DNA from: an uncultured Candidatus Saccharibacteria bacterium
Lineage (GTDB): Bacteria; Patescibacteriota; Minisyncoccia; Phycocordibacterales; JAKFXT01
Direction of reading: 5' to 3'
Length of the DNA stretch: 64,000 bases
Assembly (NCBI GenBank): GCA_964385825.1
Contig: CAYLPX010000003.1
Span: 37,559-101,558, forward strand
Shown: in pieces, positions 1 to 9,281 of the stretch
How positions within the stretch are numbered: position 1 is the stretch's first letter
Layout of the letters: each line of letters opens with the position of its first letter
Notes under the pieces: model-generated
Told to the model about the DNA's origin: nothing
Databases searched by the model: none
Seen by the model: only the letters and a program-made list of their open reading frames with translations
Translations under genes and position numbers: made by a program

Positions 1-881
1 TTAATATTTTGGATATTGGGTATAGTGTCTGGTGGAACATTTGGTGTGGTCGACGCAGCCGTGCCAGCTGGTGGATAATCACTTACCAAAATACTCCATG
101 GATCACCGATGGTGATTTTGGGAACTGCACATTGATCATCACTTGGTGGAGGCACAGAACAAACTTCGGCACTACCACATGTTTTTAGACCAGGATTAGT
201 CATACCGCAGCTATTAGGAGCCGAATTGCATGCACATTGAAGTGGAGGAATATCAACCGGGATGCCAGTAAACCTCACTACATAAGTTCCAGATGTGTAG
301 TCATACCCAACGGACGGAGTATTGATATCGGGTACAGATTTACAAGAAACAGTATAGGAAGCATCTGAAGCTATAGCTGGGGTCTGCATACTTCCGGAAA
401 CTGACCCTCCCATTAAGAAAGTTCGTCCGCCAGGTCCAGTAACCGTACAAGAATAAGGTGATTCAAAGTTAGACCACGAAGCAACTGAGAATCCGGATGA
501 AGGACCAACTTGGTTAAATCTCCAACTGAGCGTTGTCTGGCCCGCACCAGCAAAAAGTGGGGCTATGCCGAGTTTTTGTAATAACGGAGAAGAAAGTAGT
601 AATGCAAAAGGATTTGTACTTTGATTGGTAGCAACTATAGGGTTCGGATTAGCGCTAACGGTGATAGTACAATCAGACGCATCATGTTGATATCCGGATT
701 CACACGACGCAGGAAGTGACATACCCCCCTCACTCCCCGAAGGGGAAGCTGAGCTAAAACCCAGCTCAGATGATTGAGCACTAAGTGCAAATACCTGATT
801 GTCCCTAACATAAAAACCAAATACTAATGCCACAACTGCAAAAAAACCTATAGAAAGATTTCGTATGTCTTTTTTACTCAT
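1..881 (-). CDS. Partial (3'-truncated by window edge) secreted Cys-rich protein with N-terminal signal/TM segment
   Basis: Hand translation from ATG at 881 downward gives MSKKDIRNLSIGFFAVVALVFGFYV..., a hydrophobic N-terminus, then a Ser/Thr/Gly/Cys-rich extracellular region. The frame stays open to position 1. The ORF track missed it because it lacks a stop inside the window. Confidence 0.5.
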   Translation of the reverse strand, partial: MSKKDIRNLSIGFFAVVALVFGFYVRDNQVFALSAQSSELGFSSASPSGSEGGMSLPASCESGYQHDASDCTITVSANPNPIVATNQSTNPFALLLSSPLLQKLGIAPLFAGAGQTTLSWRFNQVGPSSGFSVASWSNFESPYSCTVTGPGGRTFLMGGSVSGSMQTPAIASDASYTVSCKSVPDINTPSVGYDYTSGTYVVRFTGIPVDIPPLQCACNSAPNSCGMTNPGLKTCGSAEVCSVPPPSDDQCAVPKITIGDPWSILVSDYPPAGTAASTTPNVPPDTIPNIQNI

Positions 882-940
882 GACGTAAAGTTATTACTCA
901 TATCATAGCACGTACGCCCCCTCTCAACACTTGTTATCCA

Positions 941-1666
941 CTACTTACCCCTCTTTTTAGCTAACTCAAGATTCTTTTCAATGACTGAAAGTGTTGTTTG
1001 GTATCCTTCACTATAAATATCTGCATTATTACCCGGATATGCCTTACCCCAAACAGAAGGAGGTAGTGATTTAAACATAGTAAGCCCTTCCGCTAAGTTT
1101 TTTTCAGCCTCTTCATACTTCTTCTCGTTTAAAAGCGCAATACCAAGCGAGTTAAGTAGCCATGGATTATGAGGATCCTTTTCTAGCCCCTCTCTGGCAT
1201 ATTTTTCAGCATTCGCGTAATCTCCTTCTTGGAAATAAACCCAAGAAAGATCATTATGTCCCGCCCAACTGTCTGGCTTCCATGCCAAAAAAGTTAAGAA
1301 GTCTTCTTCAGCTTTCTTAAAATCTTTCTGGTAACCATATACTAACCCCCGAATATAGTAAGAGCGCTTAAAATCAGGCTCTATAGCAATCTCCTGATTT
1401 ATCTCATCAATAGCCCGATAAAAATCAGAGCGTAAAAAATAAATGCGCCCCATTTGATAGTGCACACCCCTGTAGAGCGGGTCTTTAGCCAGGGCAAGGT
1501 TGTAGAAAAACATCGCCTTATCCAAATCATAAAACTTGCCGCCAAAGTAAAAGTTGCCAACTGCAAAGAGCGAGGAGGCTCTGTTTATATAAACGCCAAA
1601 ACCAAGCATAAATACCAGCAAACAAAGTATGGCCACTGTTTGAGATTTCCCAATCTTCTTTTCCAT
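941..1666 (-). CDS. Membrane-anchored tetratricopeptide (TPR) repeat protein
   Basis: N-terminal TM helix (VAILCLLVFMLGFGVYI) followed by repeated TPR-like helical motifs (LALAKDPLYRGVHYQMGRIYF..., AIEPDFKRSYYIRGLVY..., YANAEKYAREGLEKDP...). Confidence 0.65.
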   Translation of the reverse strand: MEKKIGKSQTVAILCLLVFMLGFGVYINRASSLFAVGNFYFGGKFYDLDKAMFFYNLALAKDPLYRGVHYQMGRIYFLRSDFYRAIDEINQEIAIEPDFKRSYYIRGLVYGYQKDFKKAEEDFLTFLAWKPDSWAGHNDLSWVYFQEGDYANAEKYAREGLEKDPHNPWLLNSLGIALLNEKKYEEAEKNLAEGLTMFKSLPPSVWGKAYPGNNADIYSEGYQTTLSVIEKNLELAKKRGK

Positions 1667-1683
1667 ACCGCCTAGTATAACCC

Positions 1684-2661
1684 TTAGTCCTCTACGTCCG
1701 AAGCTCCATGTTCTTTAGTTTTAAGTGCCTCGAGCATGCCATCTATTTCTCCACTCATGATTTTAGGCAAATTATGCCACGATTCCTTAATGCGGTGGTC
1801 AGTGATGCGATCCTGGGGGAAATTATAAGTGCGAATTTTTTCAGATCTATCCCCTGTTCCAATCTGACTTTTACGATCAGCTGAAAGCTTCTTAGCATCT
1901 TCCTCATCCTTGAGAACTTGAAGCTTTGCAGCAAGGATGGAGAGTGCCTTCTCTCTATTTTTCAACTGACTACGCTCTGAGGTTGAGCGTGCATCAATGC
2001 CTGTCGGCTTGTGTATAAGACGCACTGCCGTTTCCACTTTATTTACATTCTGCCCACCTGCCCCACCGGAGCGTGAAAATTCCATTTCAAGATCAGCTGG
2101 ATTGATTACGATTTGCGATTTTTTATGAATTGGCAAAATAACTACCGAAGCAGTTGAAGTATGTATTCGTCCATTCTTTTCAGTTCCTGGTATACGCTGC
2201 ACTCTATGTACCCCTGTTTCAAAACGCAGATCTTCATACACTCCGCGCCCGGTCATCTCAAATACCGCTTCTTTATACCCACCAAGAGGACTTTTAGATT
2301 CATCCACTATTCGAGTTTGCCACCCACGTATCTCTGCATAATTCTGATACATCCGAGCCAACTCTTCAGCAAAAAGAGCCGCCTCTTCTCCTCCTGCACC
2401 AGCACGAACTTCAAGGATAATTTCATTCGGAAACACCTGCTCACCCTCTTCTTCCTTTAGAATACTTTCCATTTGAGTAGCTACGGTTTCCATCTCCTCC
2501 TTAATCCGCTTCAAATCATCCTCTGCCATAAGAGTTAGCGCTGGATCGGTACTAATCATAGTTTTTACCTCCCCCTCCTCAGCTTGCAGCCTTAAATAGT
2601 GCTCCGCTAAATACGTAGTTTTGGGGTTATCTTTAAATTTTTTAAGTGTTTCCTCGTTCAT
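1684..2661 (-). CDS. prfA: Peptide chain release factor 1
   Basis: GGQ motif ([25 protein letters not shown]). RF1-type decoding region [18 protein letters not shown] (PxT tripeptide, not the SPF of RF2). Colinear with E. coli RF1. Confidence 0.85.
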   Translation of the reverse strand: MNEETLKKFKDNPKTTYLAEHYLRLQAEEGEVKTMISTDPALTLMAEDDLKRIKEEMETVATQMESILKEEEGEQVFPNEIILEVRAGAGGEEAALFAEELARMYQNYAEIRGWQTRIVDESKSPLGGYKEAVFEMTGRGVYEDLRFETGVHRVQRIPGTEKNGRIHTSTASVVILPIHKKSQIVINPADLEMEFSRSGGAGGQNVNKVETAVRLIHKPTGIDARSTSERSQLKNREKALSILAAKLQVLKDEEDAKKLSADRKSQIGTGDRSEKIRTYNFPQDRITDHRIKESWHNLPKIMSGEIDGMLEALKTKEHGASDVED

Positions 2662-2691
2662 AGTTTAAATCTCTCTATATAGTGTAGCAGA

Positions 2692-2726
2692 GAAAAAACC
2701 CGATGCCTTAGGAGCACGGGTTTTTC
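2692..2726 (-). terminator. Rho-independent terminator downstream of rpmE (A-run / GC hairpin / T-run, potentially bidirectional)
   Basis: aaaaaacccgatgccttaggagcacgggttttt: imperfect stem acccg(tgc)...(gca)tcgggt flanked by an A-run and a T-run, immediately 3' of the rpmE stop on the minus strand. Confidence 0.4.
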
Positions 2727-2734
2727 TTTGGTAG

Positions 2735-2962
2735 TTACTTATCTTTCTTGGCAACCTTCTTAGCAGCGGCTGCACGGGTCTTGAAGCGCTCTACACGTCC
2801 TGCGGTATCAAGTACCTTATCAGTTCCCGTATAAAATGGATGGCAAGAGCTACAAATTTCAACTTTAATATTCTCTACTGTTGAGCCAACAGTAAAAGTA
2901 GCCCCACATGCACAAGTTGCGGTTGTTTGCTCAAAGAATTCTGGGTGAATTTCTGCTTTCAT
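2735..2962 (-). CDS. rpmE: 50S ribosomal protein L31
   Basis: 75 aa, [10 protein letters not shown]...CACG...[10 protein letters not shown]: classic L31 length and Cys4 zinc ribbon. Confidence 0.9.
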   Translation of the reverse strand: MKAEIHPEFFEQTTATCACGATFTVGSTVENIKVEICSSCHPFYTGTDKVLDTAGRVERFKTRAAAAKKVAKKDK

Positions 2963-3025
2963 AATTCGTTATTTAGAAGCACACTATACCAGAAAAAACA
3001 GGGCTTGCAAGGCCAACCAAAACGG

Positions 3026-4339
3026 CTATCTTCCCTCCAAAATATCAATCTGCTTTTGGAACTTATCAGCCAAATCAAGCACTTCATTACCATAGAATGC
3101 GTAGGCTGGCTTTGTCGCATTTTTCCACCCCGCCAGGTATCGCAAAGCAGCTAAACGCTCTGTTGAGCGGACTCCATTTTTAGCGCCATTATCTGTTAGA
3201 AGGAGCGCTGAGGCATAAAACGCATCACGAGGATCCCATGGATTCGGTGGTTTATTGCCGGTAATAGCTGTAATGCGATCTTTGTAGAGTACCCAAGTAG
3301 AAGGGATAAACTGCGCGGGCCCCATGGCTCCCCCATACCCGTACCAAGCTTTTTTAGACACGGGCATTTGATCAGGATCAAGCCCTAACTCCTTACAAAT
3401 CTGCTCGAAGATCGGCTTATCTCGAGTCGGATGCATATCTATATTCCAATTCCCTGTTCCCACGTTCTGTCCAAGATTTGATTCTTCAGCAATAATACCG
3501 AGAAGGAAGGCGGGGCGAATACCTAGCTTTCCCCCAACCTCTTTGGCGTAAGTATAAGCAACCTCAAATGAAATAGCTGCTGATCCTTGAAGTTGGAACA
3601 GTTCCTTTTTTATCTGTGCAGCGGTTAGTTTTTGTTGTGCTAGCACTAACTGGTACTGCTTCTCAAGACCCTTTGAAATTTTCAGAATATTATTCTTTTC
3701 CTTTTCTTGCTGTTCAATCTTTGTTTTCTCAAGCTGTTGAAGATGAAGTAGCTCTGTTTGCTCAGCCCTCTTATCCTCTAGAGTCTGTTTCTCTTCTTCA
3801 GTTTGACTCTTAGTATCACTAACCACACCAACTGAAGTTTGCAGGGAATCCTTGATAGCAACATACGAGTTGGCATCAGAGAAAAAGTTTGCCAAACTTT
3901 TCTTATTTACCAACATTAATTCAACTAAGGAGTAGTCATCGAGCTCCTGTGATTTGCGTAAAATTTGACCTAATGACTCCTTTTCCTTATCGAGCTTATC
4001 AGATAGTACACCGATAGTTTGTTGTTTGGCCCCAATATCATCAGAGAGCTGTTCTATTGTGAGACTGCGAGCTTTTATAGAAAGCTTCGCTTGGCTGATT
4101 TTGGCATCTAAAATAGCAATATCACCAGCCAGGGATTCAGATTCTTTTTGGCGATCCTCTAGAATTTTTTGTTGCTGGGCTATTTGGCTTTCAACATCTG
4201 CTAGCTGTTTTGTTAATTCTGCCCTCCGATCAGCAGAGAGTGATCCTGTGGGAGCGCTCTGCGCCAAAAGATTAAGTGGGGACAAGAGAAAAATACCCAA
4301 AAACCCGAAAATGAAAAAATAAGTATTTTTCATGAACAA
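3026..4339 (-). CDS. Secreted coiled-coil protein with C-terminal lytic murein transglycosylase (MltB/SLT_2-like) domain
   Basis: Signal peptide, then about 230 aa of Q/K/E/L-rich coiled coil. C-terminal domain carries the catalytic ES (IIAEESNLGQ) and the family-3 LT motif GGAMGPAQFIPSTW. Confidence 0.6.
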   Translation of the reverse strand: MFMKNTYFFIFGFLGIFLLSPLNLLAQSAPTGSLSADRRAELTKQLADVESQIAQQQKILEDRQKESESLAGDIAILDAKISQAKLSIKARSLTIEQLSDDIGAKQQTIGVLSDKLDKEKESLGQILRKSQELDDYSLVELMLVNKKSLANFFSDANSYVAIKDSLQTSVGVVSDTKSQTEEEKQTLEDKRAEQTELLHLQQLEKTKIEQQEKEKNNILKISKGLEKQYQLVLAQQKLTAAQIKKELFQLQGSAAISFEVAYTYAKEVGGKLGIRPAFLLGIIAEESNLGQNVGTGNWNIDMHPTRDKPIFEQICKELGLDPDQMPVSKKAWYGYGGAMGPAQFIPSTWVLYKDRITAITGNKPPNPWDPRDAFYASALLLTDNGAKNGVRSTERLAALRYLAGWKNATKPAYAFYGNEVLDLADKFQKQIDILEGR

Positions 4340-4382
4340 AAGTAAAAAGTTAAGAGATGCCCAGAGTTAGGAAACGTTGAGG

Positions 4383-4410
4383 TAAAAACAAAATACGGCA
4401 TCTCTGCCGT
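4383..4410 (-). terminator. Rho-independent terminator of rplY
   Basis: Plus strand acggcatctctgccgt (6-bp stem) preceded by taaaaacaaaat. On the minus strand this is hairpin + ATTTTGTTTTTA, about 40 nt after the rplY stop. Confidence 0.45.
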
Positions 4411-4448
4411 ATATTGTAGCATTTTTCAATTTTAACTTTTCCCCGTCT

Positions 4449-5111
4449 TTAGGCTTCCTCACCCTCAGCCGTTGCTGCTTCCTCCTTCTTACCCTTCTTT
4501 TCTACCTCAATAGCTGAAAGATCAACAGGGGCTGCTTCAACTTCCTCCTTAGCAACAGTAACTGAAGCCACAACTTCATCAGCCCCTTCTATAGCCACAA
4601 CTCCTGCTCCTAGTTTCAAATCCTTAACTGCAATGTGACTCTCAAGTGTAGTAAGTGAAGAAATATCAACCTCAATTACATGAGGAAGATTCTTTGGATC
4701 AGCCTCAACCTTCATTTCATGAAGCACCTTAACAACGATTCCCCCGAGCTTTACACAAGGAGCCTCTCCTACGAATTCAAGTGGTATATCGATCTGTACT
4801 TTCTTACCTTTTTCTAGAATATAAAAATCAGCATGACGAAGTTCGCCCTTAACAGGGTCGGTATCTACCTCACGGATAAGTGCCTCAAGCTTCTTACCAT
4901 CATGAGTAAGGGTTACAACACTAGACTCACCTGCCTTCTTGAAAACCTTTTTGAACTCAGCCTTAGAAACTGTAATAGGTGTAGACTTTTCCTTGTGGCC
5001 ATAGTAAACAGCCGCCATGGTTTCTCCCGGAAGGCGCTTACTAGTTTTGCCGAGCACCTCGCGAGGAGTGAAGGCTAATGAAAATTCGCTTTCTGACATA
5101 ATAGGGCGCAT
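4449..5111 (-). CDS. rplY: 50S ribosomal protein L25 / general stress protein Ctc
   Basis: L25/Ctc-like sequence (VYYGHKEK...GELRHADFY...) with acidic C-terminal tail. The start may be the Met 4 codons downstream (5099). Confidence 0.8.
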   Translation of the reverse strand: MRPIMSESEFSLAFTPREVLGKTSKRLPGETMAAVYYGHKEKSTPITVSKAEFKKVFKKAGESSVVTLTHDGKKLEALIREVDTDPVKGELRHADFYILEKGKKVQIDIPLEFVGEAPCVKLGGIVVKVLHEMKVEADPKNLPHVIEVDISSLTTLESHIAVKDLKLGAGVVAIEGADEVVASVTVAKEEVEAAPVDLSAIEVEKKGKKEEAATAEGEEA

Positions 5112-5167
5112 TATACTCTAAAATACAGAGTTAGCAACCACCCTAGGTAGAAAAGCGAGGGTTAGCC

Positions 5168-5464
5168 TTAAACAGTCACATCTATCGTTTTAGTAATCAA
5201 AAAAGCCTTATTTTTAGGGTTTTTTTCGTCCTCAATGAGCCCAACCTTAAACCCGATCTCAGAAGCCATGTTCAAAAGTCCTTTTTCAAGGGATGCTTGG
5301 AGAGTTAGCAACTTATCCCTTGTAAGAAAATCCTCCGGTACCAAGATTTCAAGCGATCCTGTCTTATCCAAATGTTCTTTATTGCGCGAAACATAAAGGA
5401 CCATGGCCTCTGCCCAAACCCCCTCTTCAGTTTTCTCTCCTTCGTGTAGGCGCACTCCTTCCAT
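5168..5464 (-). CDS. Hypothetical protein (98 aa)
   Basis: Complete ORF tightly packed between fba and rplY (3-nt spacing to fba). No recognisable motif. Confidence 0.4.
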   Translation of the reverse strand: MEGVRLHEGEKTEEGVWAEAMVLYVSRNKEHLDKTGSLEILVPEDFLTRDKLLTLQASLEKGLLNMASEIGFKVGLIEDEKNPKNKAFLITKTIDVTV

Positions 5465-5466
5465 GA

Positions 5467-6330
5467 CTACATTCCATTAAACAACTTAAGTCGTGCGGTA
5501 ACCGTTTCCTGCATAGCTTCAAGTGCCGGTTTCATAATCTTGTACGGTGCTACTTCATCCGGGTTTTCTGCCAAAAACTTTTTCACTGCATCACGATATG
5601 CCACACGAATCTCGGTATTAATATGAACTATGGCAACTCCACTTTTGATAACTCCCGTAAAATCTTCATCCACTGTTCCCGATCCTCCATGAAGTACAAG
5701 GGGAACTCCTGTTGAAAGTGCGATTTCCCGAGTACGTTCAATATTAAGCCGCGGATCTTTCACATTGCGAAGCATGCCATGAATGTTGCCAACAGATGGA
5801 GCAAAAAAGTCTATACCTGTTTCTTCTACAAAGCGCTTGGCCTCCTCAGGGGTAGTAAGATTCTCAAGTGACACCCCTTCTGGTATTTCATCCAGCACCT
5901 TAGAGGAAGTTCCAATATACCCGAGCTCTGCTTCAACCATAATTTCTCTGCCCGAGGCACGCGCATACTCCACACACTGCTTGGCAATTTTTGCATTTTC
6001 TTCAAAAGGAAGTTTAGCCCCATCAAAAATAACTGAATCAAAACCAGCATCTATTACTTCCTTCACTCGCGGAAATGAGTAGGTATGATCAGCGTTGAGA
6101 TAAATAGGATAATTAAATTCCTTTTGAATACTTCGCACCAACGCCACCACCTGTGGAATACCGATAAAATCTCTCTCTCCCTCTGATACCCCGATAATAA
6201 CTGGAACATTCAAACTTTGGCCCGCCCTAAAAATGGCCCACAACCCTTCTAAGTTACTAATATTAAAGTGCCCAACCGCTACTCCACGCGCTTTTGCGTC
6301 AAAGACTGTTTCCTTAAGTGATTTTTGCAT
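5467..6330 (-). CDS. fba: Class II fructose-bisphosphate aldolase
   Basis: GVAVGHFN near the N-terminus, LHGGSG motif, 287 aa: class II FBA/tagatose-bisphosphate aldolase family. Confidence 0.85.
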   Translation of the reverse strand: MQKSLKETVFDAKARGVAVGHFNISNLEGLWAIFRAGQSLNVPVIIGVSEGERDFIGIPQVVALVRSIQKEFNYPIYLNADHTYSFPRVKEVIDAGFDSVIFDGAKLPFEENAKIAKQCVEYARASGREIMVEAELGYIGTSSKVLDEIPEGVSLENLTTPEEAKRFVEETGIDFFAPSVGNIHGMLRNVKDPRLNIERTREIALSTGVPLVLHGGSGTVDEDFTGVIKSGVAIVHINTEIRVAYRDAVKKFLAENPDEVAPYKIMKPALEAMQETVTARLKLFNGM

Positions 6331-6383
6331 ACGTAATATTTTATCACATAAAAAAACCGAATACCTATGATAAAATTAAAACC

Positions 6384-7391
6384 ATGTTCGGCAAAAAAGA
6401 GGAATTTGATTTCGTAGCTGTTGGTGACATTGTCACTGATGCCTTCATTCGTTTGGAAGATGCCAAGGTTCACTGCACTGTAGACCATGAAAATTGCGAA
6501 CTCTCTATGCGCTTTGGGGATAAAATCCCTTATGAATTCGTTGAGGTTATACGGTCAGTAGGTAACAGCCCAAACGCCGCTGTTTCCGCCTCACGCCTCG
6601 GACTTAAAACAGCCCTTGTTAGTGACCTTGGGGATGATGATATCGCCAAAGACTCTATTGCAGCACTTAAGGGTAATGGCGTTGCCACAACTTTTGTTAG
6701 TCTACATGATGGGATGAAGAGTAATTACCATTATGTACTATGGTTTGAAGATGATCGCACTATTCTAGTTAAGCATTTTGACTATCCTTACTCCTTCCCT
6801 GATGTGGGTAATGCTAAGTGGCTTTACCTTAGTTCGCTTGGTGGCACCTCACTTCCCTACCATAAAGAAATCATTGAGCATCTCAAGAAATACCCTGAGA
6901 CAAAATTAGCTTTTCAACCAGGCACCTTTCAAATGAAACAAGGTATCCCAAAACTGCGTGAGATCTACACCAGAACTGAAGTATTTTTCTGCAACGTACA
7001 AGAAGCGCGTCGTATCCTAGGGGTTGAAAATGATCCAGTTGGAAGACTCCTTCGCCTCATCCACAGCGAAGGGCCAAAAAATGTAGTTATCACCGATGGT
7101 AAAGATGGTGCATATGCTTATGATGGGAAAAATGCTTGGTTCATGCCTCCCTACCCTGATCCTAAGCCACCATACGAGCGAACAGGAGCGGGCGATGCTT
7201 TTGCCTCAACCCTAACTTCAGCCCTAGCACTCGGCAAGAGTTTAGACGAAGCTCTAATGTGGGGACCTATTAACTCTATGTCGGTCGTACAACAAATAGG
7301 AGCACAGAAAGGACTCCTTAAGCGGGGAGATCTTGAAAACTTCCTCTCTCACGCACCTGCCAACTACAAACCACAAAAAATTACTGAGTAG
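6384..7391 (+). CDS. PfkB-family carbohydrate kinase (ribokinase-like)
   Basis: C-terminal PfkB signature GAGDAFAS and an N-terminal Gly-rich VAVGDIVTD. Start placed at the ATG at 6384 (MFGKKEEF...) rather than the ORF-track start at 6318, which would overlap fba. Confidence 0.75.
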   Translation: MFGKKEEFDFVAVGDIVTDAFIRLEDAKVHCTVDHENCELSMRFGDKIPYEFVEVIRSVGNSPNAAVSASRLGLKTALVSDLGDDDIAKDSIAALKGNGVATTFVSLHDGMKSNYHYVLWFEDDRTILVKHFDYPYSFPDVGNAKWLYLSSLGGTSLPYHKEIIEHLKKYPETKLAFQPGTFQMKQGIPKLREIYTRTEVFFCNVQEARRILGVENDPVGRLLRLIHSEGPKNVVITDGKDGAYAYDGKNAWFMPPYPDPKPPYERTGAGDAFASTLTSALALGKSLDEALMWGPINSMSVVQQIGAQKGLLKRGDLENFLSHAPANYKPQKITE

Positions 7392-8082
7392 AAAGTACAA
7401 TTCCTCTACCTGCGTAATACTCCGCAAATTCGGTAAATAGCATTGAATGGTTAATTTGGGTATGTGTACTAACAAAGCCGGAGGGGTTATTAATTAAAAT
7501 TACATTTTTGTTTTTGTCATAACCAGTCACTAAAACAAGATGTCCTCCCTTTTGGTTTACTGGAGCCGTATTGTACCCTCTTATATTTGGATTAACCGAA
7601 ACAATAACCAATTTACCTTGTGCAAGTGCATACAAAATACCTTTGATGCTTAATTTTGTATAAATATCTGCCTTTAAACCATATTTCTGAATCCAATCGG
7701 CAAACTCCCTATACCTCATACTAGAGATATCTTTTTTCTCTTCAATATAAACTCCGTTCTTTAAAGCATCTTCCGCTAACAGAACTACTTTAATATTCTT
7801 ATTTGTGAAGTATTGAAGTGCCATAGATACCGAAGCCATCCCGCACATAGTAAACGCCCACTGACTATATCGCTGTGAGGATGTGGCTCCTGTATCTTTC
7901 CAGTTTAAATCATCAACTGGAGAAAGTATTTTCTTTAAACTTAATTCAGCACTTAAAGGAGTAGCGAACTGACACACGTAAGGAACATTGTATTTTATTT
8001 CATCAGGTATTTTCCTAGCACGATTTTGAACTTCATATATAAAGTTTTTTACTTCTTGAAGTAAACGGAAAATAATTTTCAT
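7381..8082 (-). CDS. Papain-like cysteine peptidase, C39-like (Peptidase_C39_2-type)
   Basis: Candidate catalytic Cys in FTMCGMASVSMAL and downstream His in GGHLVLVTGYD. About 230 aa, typical of stand-alone C39-like domains. Confidence 0.5.
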   Translation of the reverse strand: MKIIFRLLQEVKNFIYEVQNRARKIPDEIKYNVPYVCQFATPLSAELSLKKILSPVDDLNWKDTGATSSQRYSQWAFTMCGMASVSMALQYFTNKNIKVVLLAEDALKNGVYIEEKKDISSMRYREFADWIQKYGLKADIYTKLSIKGILYALAQGKLVIVSVNPNIRGYNTAPVNQKGGHLVLVTGYDKNKNVILINNPSGFVSTHTQINHSMLFTEFAEYYAGRGIVLSTQ

Positions 8083-8109
8083 ATTTTAAATCTACATAGA
8101 GCCCATACC

Positions 8110-9096
8110 CTAGCGACTAAGTACTTTCTGCACTGCCTCCTTAATATGAGAAACTCCCATACCATAATGCTCTATCAGTTCCTCTGGGGTACCAGATTGA
8201 CCAAACTCATTGTGAACTCCAATGTATTCAATGGGTACTGGAAATACTTGTGAGAGATACTCTGCAACAGCGCTCCCCATACCTCCGGCTATTTGATGCT
8301 CCTCTACTGTTACTACCCTACCTGTCCGCTTCGCCTCGCGAAGTATAGTTTCAGTATCAAGGGGTTTTATAGTTGAAAGGTTTACCACCACCACTTCCAC
8401 TTTTTCTTTTTCTAGTTCTTTTGCAGCAACAAGTGCTTTATGTACCAAGGCACCTGTTGCAATAATAGTTACCTTTGGGTTTTCAGCATCCCAGAACACA
8501 TGTGCCTTCCCTATTTGAAATGGTGTCTCTGCTGTAGTCATAACCGGCGTTGGTTCGCGAGCAAGACGCAGGTATGCGGGACTTGGAACTTGGGCGAGCG
8601 CCAATGTAGCTTTTTTCGCCTCAAGCATGTCGCAGGGTGATATCACCATCATATTCGGTAACACCCGAGTTATCGCCATATCCTCCACCGCTTGATGAGT
8701 TGCGCCATCAGGCCCCACTGATACACCTGCATGGCTTCCGGCGATTTTGACATTACTGTTGTTGTAACAAACTGTTGTACGAATTTGTTCCCAGTTACGC
8801 CCAGGGCTAAACATGGCATAGGAAGAAATAAAAGTGATTTTCCCCATAGCTGCCATTCCCGAAGCAACCGAAGCCAAGTTTTGCTCGGCAATCCCTATTT
8901 CCACGAAACGATTGGGAAACTCTTTTTTGAAAATATGCATTGTCGTTGACTCAGTAAGATCAGCACAAAGCCCCACTACCCGTTCATCTAGTTGTGCGGC
9001 TTGTAATAGACCCTCTCCGAAACCTTTGCGGATAGGCGCCTGTTCACCGTCTTTGTCAAATAATTTACTATTTAGTTTTAAGTTTTTGTTTAACAT
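8110..9096 (-). CDS. tkt: Transketolase, C-terminal subunit (pyrimidine-binding + C-terminal domains)
   Basis: 328 aa matching the C-terminal half of transketolase (FGEGLLQAAQLDERVVGLCADL..., GIAEQN...). Partner N-terminal subunit lies upstream. Confidence 0.85.
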   Translation of the reverse strand: MLNKNLKLNSKLFDKDGEQAPIRKGFGEGLLQAAQLDERVVGLCADLTESTTMHIFKKEFPNRFVEIGIAEQNLASVASGMAAMGKITFISSYAMFSPGRNWEQIRTTVCYNNSNVKIAGSHAGVSVGPDGATHQAVEDMAITRVLPNMMVISPCDMLEAKKATLALAQVPSPAYLRLAREPTPVMTTAETPFQIGKAHVFWDAENPKVTIIATGALVHKALVAAKELEKEKVEVVVVNLSTIKPLDTETILREAKRTGRVVTVEEHQIAGGMGSAVAEYLSQVFPVPIEYIGVHNEFGQSGTPEELIEHYGMGVSHIKEAVQKVLSR

Positions 9097-9101
9097 ATTG
9101 T

Positions 9102-9281
9102 TTAGCCCCTCCCCAAGTCACAGATATTTTTCTGCTGAAAAATTCTGCAACCCCGCCTCGCGCCGTCGCGCTGCGGCCTTGGAATACTCCAAGTATTCGT
9201 ATCCCAACCCTTACGAATAGGAAGTTGCTCTACATCTTTATCGAACACTTTTTCATTTAATTTTGAAGATTGATTAAGCAT
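9102..9281 (-). pseudogene. Fossil duplicate of the tktB 5' end fused to GC-rich sequence (59-codon ORF)
   Basis: Hand translation gives MLNQSSKLNEKVFDKDVEQLPIRKGWDTNTWSIPRPQRDGARRGCRIFQQKNICDLGRG*. The first 25 aa match the real TktB N-terminus MLNKNLKLNSKLFDKDGEQAPIRKG at 18 of 25 positions, with many synonymous third-position differences. The remainder is G+C-rich and unrelated. Stop lies 5 nt before the real tktB ATG. Confidence 0.45.

Noticed and set aside
635-820. 61-aa minus-strand ORF from the ORF track
   Set aside because: It lies entirely inside, and out of frame with, the longer edge-truncated ORF 1-881. That ORF has a proper signal peptide and start context, so this one is most likely spurious.
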